Of a stretch of 64,000 nucleotides of DNA, positions 1 through 13,758 are shown piece by piece. Both the position numbers and the translations under genes were made by a program. Within the stretch, counting starts at the first letter, position 1. Each line of letters starts with the position of its first letter. The notes beneath the pieces were generated by a model. The model did not search any database, was not told where the DNA came from, and saw only the letters and a program-made list of their open reading frames with translations. The stretch lies in assembly GCA_964270895.1 (NCBI GenBank), contig OZ185440.1; one strand, 5' to 3'. Source of the DNA: Podarcis filfolensis (lineage: Eukaryota).

Positions 1-831
1 ATGGAAATATGGTTTGTCTTGTCTACCCCTAAACAGTAAGAACAAATATGAAAATTATAGCATCCTAAGCAATCTGATCTGGAAGCCCCATACAATCAAA
101 GGGACTTACGTCTGTTTAAACAGAATAAAATTCAATGGGGCTTATTTCAAAGTAAGTGCGCACAGGGCTGCTGAAGTATTGAATAACTGAGCACAGGACT
201 GTAGGTTCAAACAGCTTGCTTTAAAATACCTCTCTGCTTAAAGTTATGAGGCCACAAAATAAACATTACAATTTAAATGTAAAAGCATGTGAAAACTTTT
301 CTTGTACATCTGTTAAATAGGAGGTACTTGAAGGGAGGCTGAGCGGTGGAAAAGCAGACAGCCAAGCGGCTTTCTACTGCCTAACCAATAAAAACAGACC
401 CTGAAGAGTTAAAATATTCTCCGAGTTGCTGGTGTACTTTCTGTGACCTTGTTCAATGCGGAGAAGGCTTGAAATCCAACACAGTTTAACCACTTCTATC
501 CATGTAGCTATAAAGGAGAGCCCTTACCAAACAGTGCAAATGGAGAAGTCAGCAAGAAAGCAGACAGTGCTCTCACAGTCTGAGTCCTGGAATATATCGA
601 TTTCATTACTGAGGGTAAGTTCACATGCTTTGTGAACATGATACAACTTGCAGTTTTCTGTGTGATGAACTGCAGCTACTGTTTGCTTGCTTGTGAAAAG
701 CCATTTCTCAAACGGACCATCTTTAACCTCTTGTATCAGCTCACCTCAAGCTGGGGGAACGATAAGGTCCACTCATCCATGAGAGCAGTCCCGTTATGAC
801 ACCTTCCACACCAGCAAGTTATACCCCAATG

Positions 832-1301
832 GAGGGGTGGCAAACCTGGGGCCCTCTAGACATTGTTGAACTGCTACAGGCCCTTTTAAAATTTTATTTA
901 ACAAAGTCTGTATACTGCTTACTCAATTAAAACAAAGGGGTTTTGTAGTCCTCTAAGGGGACTACAAAGGGAAATTTAAAATATTCATTGAAAGTACCAA
1001 TAAAAACAAACCAAGTCAATATATATACATTTTTCAAAAATGAATTAAAATCAGTAATCCTAAAACCATTATCTTTAATAAAATTACATGCTTGGGGCAG
1101 CTTGCGGAAACAAAAAGGTTTCTAGCAGGTGCCAAAACCAACACAGCAAAGGGGCCAGCCTAGCATTGGGAAGGGAGCCCCCCAAAGTAGGGTGCTATCA
1201 CATTGAAGTATTGTATCACCTCTGACTTTTGGCTCTGTTGGCTGAGGCTGATGGGAGATGAAGTGCAACAACATATGGAAGACTCAGATTAGCCACCACT
1301 G
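832..1301. mobile_element. Short hAT-type MITE split by an approx. 330-bp insertion, probably a reverse L2 3' fragment
   Basis: Left end gaggggtggcaaacctggggccctctagacattgttgaact and right half ...gctgaggctgatgggag...gattagccaccactg resemble the intact copy at 38555-38681. The intervening 886-1212 is AT-rich then L2-like. No TSD visible. Confidence 0.5.
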
Positions 1302-2542
1302 CTCTAATAGCTATAGTTTGTAACATGAGATGTGGTAGGCTCAGAGTGCAGTAAGCTTATGGTGGTGAATTTGTTGCAAGGGCCACAATTAAGGTAAGTT
1401 TCTGCAGGCTACTCTCCATACAAGTATGTTGCTACATGTCACAATTTGCTATTGTGGCTTTGGTAATTGTCACCAGACCTGCAAACCAGGAAAGGGAGGG
1501 GGTGTTTTGCAGTGACATGGTGAATATCGGCACAACTCAGTGGTAAGCTGCTTCCCACAAACTACTTTCCACACTAAGCTAAACAACAGTTGAACTGTCA
1601 TCTTACCAGAAAATAGTATTTAAGACCACTGGACACAGACTGTATTCCATGTGTGAAAATGGCAACAGAATAAGGACATTGTAGTAGGTGCTATTTGGTC
1701 CATGCTGTATGTTTCAATTTTATGGAGGAAGAACAGAATTGCAGTTTGTCATAGGTCTTCATGGTAAATGATTATATTTGAAATTTCAATTGTCAAATGA
1801 AACCAAATGCTTCTTGCTCTTGACCTTTAAAACATTGTACGGTAACCATTACAACATTCTAAATAAAAGCTATGGTTGTCCTAAACACAAATTCCTCTTG
1901 TTAATTCTTCCCTTCCTCATGATTATGGGATATTAAGTACAGCCTTAATATTTTTCAACATCTGGCTCAAATTAGTCGCTAACAAAACTGCCAACAACTA
2001 TTTTCGTAATTGACAATTGGGAATTTGAAATGGCCCAGAAAAAGCACATTCAGTGTCCTTGTCTAAGATTAGTTTTTTTAAAAAATGGTCAAGCTTCTGA
2101 TTCAGCTATAAAAAATGTCTTAGTAGGGTAGGGTTATTCCAACTTCACTGGGGTCAAACTAGTGTTGGCTGAATTCTTGATGCTCTTGGTGGTTTTTCAC
2201 TTTTATGTTCCACTTGACACTGGAAACAAAATCTTTAAAGACATTTCTTTGACCTCCACAATATCTTTGAGGTAACTTTGTGTTCTGTTAGCCACTCCTA
2301 TGATCCCAGTCTCATAAATAATTTTTCTCCCACCTGTAGAAATCAGATGTATTCCAAAATTCTTTCCTCAGTTCCTTTGTTAAAGTTCTGAATATACTCT
2401 GTATGCATCAATATGTTACACTGAGCAGCACTGAGGTCTTTGTGAAACTTTTTACTCCCTAAATACATATACTGAATATCAGTATAGCAAACCAGTTGGG
2501 TAAAAATGTCCAGGGAATCTTGGGTCAAGTTATCTCCTGTAT

Positions 2543-2545
<3 letters not shown>

Positions 2546-2579
<34 letters not shown>
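2546..2579. repeat. (AC)17 microsatellite; (UG)17 in NFIA pre-mRNA
   Basis: Direct read. Confidence 0.98.
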
Positions 2580-2582
<3 letters not shown>

Positions 2583-3994
2583 AGTATGTAGGTATTTTAT
2601 AACGGGGCTTCTCTAATTTTATGTAGTAGCCAAACCTTCCTCTTCTTTGGGTAAAATTAGAAAATACCAGAAATGACTCTTTGGGAGGGATGTGTGTGTA
2701 TAAGGAACTGCTTGTGGAATTTTTATTGCTGTGCAAGTGCCACAGCAGCTGCAACAAAGATGCTTGGTCTGATAATTTATGGGTTTTCTGTGCAGTCGAG
2801 AAATCATGAATCTTGGCGAAAGCACCAGAACGCAAAACCATTATCTTCCATCTCAACCTAGATTCTGTGCTCTGTTTCCTCTAATGAATTCTTGATCCAC
2901 TGGGTTAGGACTGTCAAAGGCAACATCACTTCCATATGTAATAAAGCCTTTAGAAACTGCTCTGAGTATCACCTGGCCTAACTGACAAGGTGCTGGAACA
3001 AGCTCAAACTCCCAAGTACATTTAAGTATAATTTAATCAGAAGTATGTTTCAATTATCTGGACATATTTCCAAAGTACGTATGCCTATAGCTAGCCTTAG
3101 GCTAGTTTTTAGAAATGTTGTTAATAATGTGGTTTTGGGCGCTATCCATCACTCCTATTCCACTGGAGCAAGAGGTTTGAACTAGCAGAAGAGAGCTTTC
3201 ACCTCTTCTCCTTGGCAGCCCCAAACATGTCCTCAAAACCAGCTCCAGAACAGAAGGAGACAAAACTGAAGTAGGGCTGTAACAGTGGCACTCCATTGGC
3301 ACTACTTTGGATATAACCATATATGTCTCAGTTTGAGGGCTTTAAAAACAATTTTAAAAAATAATCTGTAAATTTGGGTTAACACAGCCTATGACGCATG
3401 AAGCAGCTGCTTTTAAAATATGGCTATTAATTTGAATGATCTAATAAATTCAGCTGCTGACTGTCATGTTTATCAAAGAGAAAAAATGGCCCTGGGGTTC
3501 TTCTCTTGAAGATACAAAGTCCCTCTTGCACAAGAAAACAGTGGGCATGGTATAGCTTAGAAAGAGGGAAAGATTAGTGTTTGAACACGTATAATGGCAT
3601 GTGATGTAAGTGTAGAGAACGGGATATTCTATACATTTTGATTTCCCTTGTGGAAGTGACCACAAGTGACCAATGTCTTGGCTTGCCATAAAAGACCCTG
3701 AAAAAGTGGGCTGCAGAAATAAACAATTCTGTGTGTCAGAAAGAAAATTGTGAGTGTCAGAAAGACAGAATTAAAGTTTGTAAGATTGAATTTGATTGTA
3801 GCATTGTTGCCACAAGATTTTTTGGAAAACAAAACATACAAACAAATACTGGCAATGACATTTCACTGTTACTCAGACCATGAAGATGAACTGACTGGTG
3901 GAGAGACACACGTCACTTTCCGTAGCAACACCAAAGTGCACCAAAGAGTTAACAAGCAGCACAGCAAACAAAGCAGAAGTCGAAAGCTTCCCAC

Positions 3995-4086
3995 CTGTGT
4001 CTGTTGAGGGATATTTACAAAGCTTGGATCCCGTGGTCCAACAGTGACGAATCGGTTTGCAGGGGAGGTGCTGGGTGTCGAGTAGG
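3995..4086 (-). CDS. NFIA: NFIA coding exon 10 (92 nt, phase 1 to 0): (T)YSTPSTSPANRFVTVGPRDPSFVNIPQQTQ
   Basis: Acceptor tcccttcccttcacag| (AG at 4088-4087), donor CAG|gtggga (GT at 3994-3993); peptide lies within ORF 3869..4105. Confidence 0.96.
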
Positions 4087-4516
4087 CTGTGAAGGGAAGG
4101 GACACATGCGTTCAGGAAGCAGCACTAGATCACAGACAGACAACACCAAAAACAACACTGGTCTTGGAGCCACCTAAACAAATGCTGAACACAGAAATGA
4201 GCTCACATTGGAGGGGTCAAGAATCTGACTTGGGGAAACTGGGTTTTGAATGATGGCAATATAAATATGGACATAATTGGGTAATAAGAAACAGTATTTC
4301 TTATCAACACAAAATGGCATGGTAAAAAAATATATCTGGAGTAAGACACACAAACTTTAGTGAAATAATTATGAAAAACAAACAATTTAAAAGAAAGGAA
4401 ACCATTCATTCTATGGAGACCATGTTATATCACTTAGTTATATCACTTTCTACTAATATAATTGTTGATATTAACAAGATGGTGCCCATAGCTTTCAAAG
4501 TAACAGGCACAGGGTG

Positions 4517-4596
4517 CAATCCTATGTGTTCTCACCTGAGATAAAGCCCCAGTGTGCATAACGGTACTTACGTCTGAGTAAACACACCAAGGATTG
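4517..4596. mobile_element. approx. 80-bp imperfectly palindromic dispersed element (caatcct...aggattg); family unnamed here
   Basis: Terminal inverted caatcct/aggattg with internal dyad symmetry; related copies near 29305-29385, 32262-32346, 32497-32584, 60580-60640. Confidence 0.6.
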
Positions 4597-5904
4597 TGCT
4601 GTAAGCCTTACAGAAGGTTAGTTAAGTCATCCAAAGATGCAGTGTGATTAAGCAGCCAATATACAGTTGTTGGAGAACTGCCATGATTTTGTGTGAGCTT
4701 TTCATCAGAGTACTATTGGACAGATGGCCAACTGTTCATGTCCCATTAAACAATACATTTCAATGGAACTACATTTTTTTTAAAAAAGCATTAGCACAAG
4801 AATTAGACACACATGATGTCTGATAACGCACATAGTATGTTGTGTGTACAGTATCAATCTAGCTTCCTTATGTATTTCACATGCAATGTGAAAGTTCTGC
4901 TTAAAATCAGAGAAACACTGCCAACCAGAGTAGACTTCCTGTCCTTAAGGTCAGGAGAACTGTGAATCTGCCCAGCATCAGAAAAAAACAATGGGACATG
5001 GTAGAACAGAAGGCACTATGATCTACCTGCAGAATGCTGTACTATGGTATATTCTATACTGTTCTATTAAGGCACATTATCCCACCTCAATCAACTGCAA
5101 AGCATCCCCTTGCAATGGAACAGAAGAGCTGGTTGAGAACAGGGCAAAATCTTATTTGCAGTGCTTAAATGCTCTTCAGGAGTCAATGTTTAGAAGGGGC
5201 TTTATTGTCTCCTGACCACAGGTGCTGTAAGTCACATTTTTATATAAGTTTCCAGATAATTATTGCATATATAGCAATAAGTTTATAGCAAATTTTGAAG
5301 TCAAATGTTAATTATTTCTTTTTAGAAACTCTTTTTCTATTTCTGAATGTGTCTAACAGCCATACTGTAAACATGGTCTATCGTATTAGGCTTTCCTAAC
5401 AAAAAGGAAATGTAGAGCAAATGGTCTCAGACCATTCACACAGCAGCAATTTTGGCCCATCTGAACAAAGCTTCTGAAATGAATATATTTTTAACATTAC
5501 ACTTGGAGATCAAAGTCACAAACTTTCTTTACCTTCAAGATCATGCTTCAAAAGGCATGATTATTAGAAAAACAGGAATAAAAAGACACAAGACAAAAAG
5601 GAAATGTAATTTACAGGCTTTACCATTTCCAAACCTTCCCATCACCATAGTGTCTCCTGCACCATTCAGGTAACAAAGGAATTACTGACTTCAGACTTCA
5701 GGTAATTACCGACCTCACAAGTCAATGAAGTCAACAATACTGATCTGCACTAAGTCTTTGAAGGTTAAGTATATTTTGCCTTCTAAGCTGTGTGAGATGA
5801 TCGATAGACACATAGCTCTAGTGTTGCTGTGATGCAATAGAAATACCTGTATTTTCTGTTTTTATTAGGAGTATATGACCCATCTTTCCTTTTGCTATGC
5901 AATA

Positions 5905-6090
5905 GGGAGAAGCCATAGCTCAGTGGAACAGCATCTGTTTTATGCATATAATATCAAGTGCAACGGATGGCATTCCTAGCTGAATTATCCCACGTAGCAG
6001 AACTAGGAAGGATCTTTGCCTCAGGCCTTCTAGAGTTATTACCTATCAGAGTCTGCAATATCAAACTTGAAGTCTGAACTCAGTATACAG
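5905..6090 (+). mobile_element. Degenerate tRNA-derived SINE (Squam3-like)
   Basis: Head gggagaagccatagctcagtggaacagcatctgttttatgcat (A-box) and tail ...gtctgaactcagtata; strongly diverged. Confidence 0.55.
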
Positions 6091-7762
6091 AAAGGTGCAA
6101 GTCACAAGCAACTTCTTCAGTATGAATTACTTCTAATTTTCTGTGGTGTGAAGGGTAGTCTTCAAATTCCTTACTTTTCTGGGAGAACGATTACTGTCAA
6201 AGAACTGGAGAGTCAACAAGGATAAATGCTGGCAAAGCAGAATTCCAGGCAGCAGTAATCTAATACAGCATGCATCTTCTTCCTCACAAGAAGGAAGGTA
6301 TGTATGATATGAATAGCTACACTATTCTGATATGACTGGTGCTAACAGTTAACTCCCTTCAAACACTTTTTTTTACTAAGATGCAAACAACAGAACTTGA
6401 CAGGACACATCTGAAAGACCACAATTTTGCACTAGATCAACACCTTCTACCATAAAGCATGCTGCAAACATAAGAAAATGGGCTTGTGCCAGGAACGTGC
6501 TTTAAGTACCAAGGCCCCTGCATAAAGGAAATGAAAGGTCAGCAGCATTTTACAGTTGTGGAAGAAGACCATATTCTTCTAAGAGACAAACGGCAAGTGT
6601 CTGGTAAACAGATCTGCTGGCTTTGGTGGCAGATTCTATCCGCTCACCTGATTTTAATTTTCCTCTTCTGCGTGATACATCTACTATGTCCAATGTTAAT
6701 TTATTACTGGTTTGTGATTATGGGAAATTCCCACCTGCAGCTCGCAGGAAGATTCTCAGGAGGTAAATGTGGAGCAGCCTGTATCCTTGCATCAGACTCT
6801 ACAGCTGTTCAACTATGGAAATTGGTCTGGACTGTAGAATTCAGCATCCTGGGAATCATTTATTTATTTATTTATTTATTTAAAACTTGAGTTTCTTGCT
6901 CATAACGGCAATGAAGACACGTCTGGAAATTTGCATGGTGAAATTCAAGAAGCTAAAAGGGAACTAATAAGGACTACAAAGAGTGGGATTTCAGGTCTTG
7001 CATAGCTTCGTGCCTAAACAACTAGCAGAAGCTGAAATAAATTGTGGACAATGTGAAAACAGGCTGAATTTATGCAGGTCACAAAACTGTGCTATTAGGT
7101 ATTTTGTAAATTGGGTCTATTTTATATACGCACATGTGAAAACCCACTTCTCCAGGCCTATGCATAAAACAGAGCAAAATAAAACTCTTGTATCAAGAAA
7201 ACCCAAGCTATGCATGAAGAAAAGATATATTCTGATGGCTTTGCAAGTGGCTGCTTCACACAAATGTTTCACCACAGGCAGACACAATAATATTTCAAGC
7301 AGATTATTATGTACCCAGGATTCACCCACATTAGCCCAGTATGAAAAAATCCTTCAGCTAGATAAACTTTTACTAGATAGCCCTAGGAAGACATGACCAT
7401 CATCTTCCTGCTTGCCAAAGTAGGTGCTTATCTCAGCTTAAATAGTGCTTTTTAAATCTTCCTGTTGTTAGTATATGATTAACAGTTTACACCCACTTGG
7501 AGAGGAAAATAAAAATAAAGCCAACATGCGGGAATTCTTTATTTACTCATATGGACCTAGACACATTTGAGAGCTAATGTGTTACACTGCAAAGAACATT
7601 GGGCTTCAATGAAGAGGCTGTGGTTTATCCTTTCTTTGCTCAGCTAACAACTCAACTGTTGGACCTGGATGACACATAGTTTCTTATGCTGATTCCAGAC
7701 TGCAGTCAAATAAAAGATATAACTCAGTTGGTAGAGAATGAGAGTGTTAATCTCAGGGTTGG

Positions 7763-8243
7763 ATACTGAGATTCAGCTCTGAGGGTCTTCTGGCAGTTCC
7801 CTCATTGTGAGAAGTGAGGTTACAGGGAAGCAGGCAGAGGGCCTTCTCGGTAGTGGCACCCACCCTGTGGAACGCCCTCCCATCAGATGTCAAGGAAAGA
7901 AACAACTATCTGACTTTTAGAAGACATCTGAAGGCAGCCCTGTTTAGGGAAGTTTTTAATGTGCTACAGTTTTTTATAGAGGCTGTAAGCCGCCCAGAGT
8001 GGCTGGGGAAACCTAGCCAGATGGGTGGGGCATAAATACTGTATTTACTTGAGTCTAGTGCTCCATTGAATCTAATGCATACCTTAATTTTCAGAACCTT
8101 GAAACCAAAAAAAGTATTTGCTGGTGAATGTGAATGTGCCGTTGAATCTAATGCACACCTTAATTTTCGCAACGTAACTTGGCCCAAAAAAGGTGAGCAT
8201 TAGATTCAAGTAAATACGGTAATAAAATAATAATAAAAATAAT
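7763..8243 (+). mobile_element. L2-type LINE 3' fragment inserted in the SINE; its A-rich tail is interrupted by a MITE
   Basis: cagagggccttctcggtagtggcacccaccctgtggaacgccctccc...aaggcagccctgtttagggaagtttttaat (ORF fragment RAFSVVAPTLWNALP...FRRHLKAALF typical of the L2 ORF2 end); tail ataaat at 8032-8037 resumes at 8222-8243. Confidence 0.8.
8039..8219. mobile_element. 181-bp Tc1/mariner(Tigger)-like MITE with TA TSD
   Basis: TIRs ctgtatttacttgagtctagtgct / agcattagattcaagtaaatacgg (3 mismatches), flanked by TA at 8037-8038 and 8220-8221; internal 27-bp direct repeat at 8066 and 8142. Confidence 0.85.
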
Positions 8244-9234
8244 TAGGGATTTGAACCCCATGTTGGGCTAAAAGATTCCTGCATTGCACGAGTTTGGACT
8301 AGATGTCCCTTGTGGTACCTTCCGACTTTACAATTCTATGATTCTTTAGTGCTGCAGTAATGCTACTTTTGCTCAATGGGGTGAAAACAGAATTCCATCT
8401 GTGGGTCCACACAGCCCCTAAGAAGTGTGCAACTTCACAGCAGTCTCATAATTCTGCATCTCCATGGCAAGGCTAAAGCTGCTGCTCCCTTACTGAGTAG
8501 CAAAGGGAGATTTTAAACTTCTTTACACAGAAGTGAGTCCTATTCTGTTTTCTAAGGACCATTCAGAATCGCAGCCTTCGCTCAGTGAAGAGTTTTCCTT
8601 TGTGGTTTAAAGCAGCTCCTGCTTTTCTGCAACAAAATATCCTTGGAATTAAATAGTGAACATGTGTAATGAGTCAAAGCTGCTTCTAGAAGCAAATATT
8701 ACTCCACTGTATTGCCACTGCTGTAGAACAGAAGAGCCCACTATCACTGCCACCTGTATGAATGATTTAGATCATGCTTAGATCTCTGCTGCAAGGTAAC
8801 TAAAACCAATGATAATGATGATGGAGGCGGTGGTGCTGATGATGATAAAGAATTTTACATAAAGAATACTGTCAAAAAGTTTTTAAAATCAACATAACCA
8901 AAAATCCAGAAATTATCAAACAAAATCCCCAAAACCCAGGTTAACCATATCTCAAGCTTCTTGACTATATCATGTTTCCGTGTGACAATTAATATAATAA
9001 AGAATTAATAGCAAGGGAAAAAGAAACACAAAAAAAAACATATTAAATTCATCTGCTGTTATTTTTAAACACACTCCAAAGCCGTGCTGTATCTTCGTGA
9101 GGCATAGGATATTATAAAACATTTACCAAAGCAAAAAAACAGTTTTGGGAATCTATCTTACTTCTGTCCAGAAGGAATTAATGTTTGCTTTTTGTTGCTG
9201 TTGTGGCCTTAATGTGTGCTCTTAGCGTGCACTA

Positions 9235-9690
<456 letters not shown>

Positions 9691-12399
9691 CTATACATTT
9701 ATGAAGAAGAACATTCACCCCTTCTCCTCCCCTCTTCAGCCCCCTGAAAATCTATTCCCAAGATTTGGGTGGCCCTTGGGAATGACATTGGATATGGTGC
9801 AGGGAACTGCAGATGGACAATCAAGTTTATGGAAGCCATTTCTTTGTTAACTGAAAAAAGGAGAAACTTATCAACTCCCCCACCCCCTTTTCCTTATATG
9901 AAAACTGAAGGCATCAGGCAAATTTGGACATATGAGCCTCAGAAAGGCTTGGGCTTGCGTGCTCCTCTCTCCTCCTATGCTGTAGTAAGGAAACTTTTGC
10001 TTTCATTTTAGGTTGACCTTAGTTTAGTATGTTGTCCAAACCCTATACTTGGGGTGATTTCAATTATGGCAACTTGAAACAATACAGTTTCATAAACTAT
10101 GGTTTGAAACTGGTTTGTTTTAGCTAACCACAGTTAACTTTAACCACCATTTTCTAGGTTTGGACAACAGACAAATGGCAGTTATTCTAAAATAGAAGTT
10201 TGAGTTTCCAAAATAGCAGTGGGAGTTTCCATTCTTCTCCTCACTCCCATGCCAGAGGAGAAGGAGGTGCATGAACCGAAAATGTGTTGCAGCTCAAACC
10301 TCCTTGGTTTGGCATTACTTGCAAACAAGGTCATTGCCTTCTATTATTTTCCTGGAAGTTTGTATCTTATGCACAAGAGCAGATCCCTGAACCGATTATA
10401 ATAAAAAACCTTAAGCTGCATCACCTTTGCAGTGACAATATTCTTATAGCTCTACTGTTGTTAATCTTCACTAGGACCTTGGATTTGCCTCTAAGAGTTG
10501 GGGCAACCTCCATACCAAGGTTTCAAATGGATTTAGGCCGCAATCTTCAAAATTACTGAAATCAATACTGGGTTTAAGACTGCAACCTTACATTATACAT
10601 TATTCTTACTAAGAAACGAGAAAATTGAGGAGAAAGTAAAACTGACATTTCACATTTTGAAATAATCCCAACTATTCTTTTAATAATTAGCCATTGTTGA
10701 TCCTCATAAGAGCTGTACAGCTCAGAGTTTCAATTTTTTAATATCATTCTGTTAGAAAACACTATCTGCTTTGTTTTAAATATTTAATATCATATGATGG
10801 TACAAATATGCACCATGACACAGCTGAATGAGAACAAACTGTGAATGAATCAGGTGGTTTGATTTTGTGAAAAATGCTGACAATATTCTTTAGTATTCTG
10901 TAACTGGATGAAGATTAAAAACTCTTTCTTTAAATGTAGAGAATATGTATAGTGGAAATCTTTAGTTCCAGGATGCTGCAGAATGCATATTTCACATGGG
11001 ATCTGAAGCTTAAAACATGCTAAATCCATTTAATTCCTTTGAGAGGCTTTGTTGACTTCAAGGAATGCTATTACTCACAAGTTTGCAAGGCTATGATACT
11101 GTTCCGAAGTGACTCATAAGAAATCATAAGTCATAAGTTCAGCCAATTTTTGTGGTGTTAGGTGCTTAAAGAAGTGGTGTAGCCAGCATCATACCAGACC
11201 ACTTTGACTTCCTGTATCCAGTGAATGAAATCTCCTGAGTAGAGTGAAGTCAGTCATCTGATTAATAATAACTTAAAGAATATAGCTCTACTGCTTATAA
11301 GCAATAGGTGGTATCCAATTGATTCTCCTTGTGCTACTTCTGCAAGAGTCGTCTGGTGGAAGAGGAGAACAATTTTTTTGAGGATTACCCTTCTCTGCTG
11401 CAGTCCTTAGTATCTCCCACTCTGAACTGGGCAACCAGAAGTCCCTCAAAGTAGATTGTGGGAGGAGAAAGCAGTCTAAGTTCCTCTAAATTGGGTTTTA
11501 CTTTCTAGTAACTGTGTAGTCCAAACTTCAATATGTTATTCCATTTTTGCCATATCTTGTGTAATCTCCCGCCCAAGCAGACACATGAAAACTGCTATAG
11601 AAAAACCTACTTATTATAACACTGCATGCACTCTTAAATATTTGCAGAACTGCTTTAGTGGATATTGTTTTTCTGCTCATGGCTTTTAGATCCAACGCTA
11701 TAGTTTGGATCCAAAGCAATGCTGTTGTTGTTTTATCAGGTTTAGGTAACAAACTGGGTGCTAAAAGCAACTGTTTACACTGTATTATACCTATTGGAAA
11801 TGTAAAGGATAAAAACAACTGGGGAAATCATTACTCTTCAGTTCTGCCCTACTGTTCGCAAGAAAGCCAAGCATTATTTTAGATAAGGTTGTACACAGAG
11901 TTAATCATTTCTGCATACAAATGGAGTGTTATTCCAATAACCTGAAGATAATTACTAAGTTTGACAAAAACAACAACCTGAGATTGCTCAACCAAAAATC
12001 TTGGAGCACTGTTTAATTTTTCAGAGAGATAAGGAGAAAAGATAACAATTCTCAGGAATAACAAACTATAAGAATCTGTACTTTTATCTTCTTGAGTTCA
12101 AGTACTGGTCAGCTTAATCTAAAGTGCTATAAGAAAGTCATTTTTTAAAAGAAAGTGAATGTGGCTGATCTGAAACAGCTGTTCCTTACTCTCCTGTCTA
12201 AAGAAATAATTAATAAAAATTACAAGGTATTTTGTTAACCTTGGAAGTGCTGAAGTCAGAAAGCATGAAGCTGAATCTTTGGGACCACGGCAGGTGAAAG
12301 TCTTCCTAAAGGATGAATTAGAAGTTCAGTTCACACAAAATGCTGTTATACTGGATGTTGGGTTGGGATGCCACCAATTACTGTCATTTTATTCTCAAT

Positions 12400-12700
12400 T
12401 GTGGCTGCCTGTAGACTTGATCCAGAAGCTAGTCCAGAACATGACTGCTTGGCTGCCAACTGGAAGAACCTATTGCCTGTACTAAGGGCACTACACTGCT
12501 GCCAATATGCTACTAGGTCAGATTTAAATATTGGTCTAAAAGATCCTTAATAAATTGGGGTTCGGGTTCCTGAGGACTACCTTACTTTCTCTGTATTGGT
12601 ATGGTCACTGTGGTCATGAGGGTAGGTTCTTTTTGAAGTGCTGCATGCCACTGAGGTCACCTATGTGGTGACATAGTGCAGAGCTTTAGTATAGCAGCCC
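12400..12700 (+). mobile_element. Degenerate L2 LINE ORF2 C-terminal fragment
   Basis: Frameshifted peptide remnants WLP..IQKLVQNMTAWL / LLPVLRALH resemble the L2 motif GLP..KLQLVQNAAARLL..PVL..LHWLP. Confidence 0.6.
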
Positions 12701-13509
12701 CTATCTTTTTATTTTACCAGACCTTCCTAGAAGGACAATCCAGGTCATTGCTAATTTTGAAATAGTTTTTTATCAGATTACCAATAAATTGTATTATATT
12801 GCTTTCTCTTTTTGTACATCACTTTAAGATTCTTTTCAATATAAAGCAATTGAGAAAATTTCTAAATAAGTGAAATATGGCCTAGCTGTATGTGACCAAA
12901 TTTCAGAGCTAATGTGATTTCCCCTCTCTTCTTTTGTGAAGTGGCTGCTAAGAGATTAGAAGCTTTTGCATACATTATCAATTAATTGCACTTTAGAATT
13001 ATATCCAGCCCCTAAATTGTTGTTCATCTTAATCATGGTTTATTGAAACAATGGTTTCATAAACAATGGTTTGCATAAACCATGGTTAAGTCTAACCTCA
13101 AATTTGCCTTGATTAGGACATAACACCAAGCTGCTGTTAGTCAAAAGAAGCAGCAGCAATACATTCTCTGAGCAATCCCATTATAAAAAGGTAGTGGCTG
13201 CTGCCAGCATTATATCCTGGGTTAACACACAATATTCTATGATATGATATTTTGCCTAGAAAGCTACAGTTGCGCTAATGACCAACATGGCAATGAGCTG
13301 CTAATACAACTGGCTACAAGTCAGAAAGTTTAGCATGTAAAAATAAAGCAGTTTAAAAACACATTAACTGAACTTCAGTCACATTCAGTGGGACCTGAAC
13401 ATGGATATCTTTGGCTGGATCACTCTTCATAGTCAGTTTGTAGCAGTGAAAACTTAAGGCCCTGTTTTTATATATGTAAAAAACACTTGTTAGCATAATT
13501 TCATGGTTA

Positions 13510-13758
<249 letters not shown>

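Larger units (their letters stand above)
7716..8345 (+). mobile_element. tRNA-Lys-derived SINE with CR1-type tail, split into 7716-7762 and 8245-8345 by nested insertions
   Basis: 5' part gatataactcagttggtagagaatgagagtgttaatctcaggg and 3' part gggatttgaaccccatgttgggctaaaagattcctgcattgca...ggactagatg...attctatgattct together reconstruct the intact copy at 56019-56163. Confidence 0.8.

Noticed and set aside
4534-4550. TCAG|GTGAGA composite splice motif before exon 10
   Set aside because: Short pyrimidine tract, inside a repeat, in a 5-kb intron; similar matches at 16201, 38062 and 62960 are within chance expectation.
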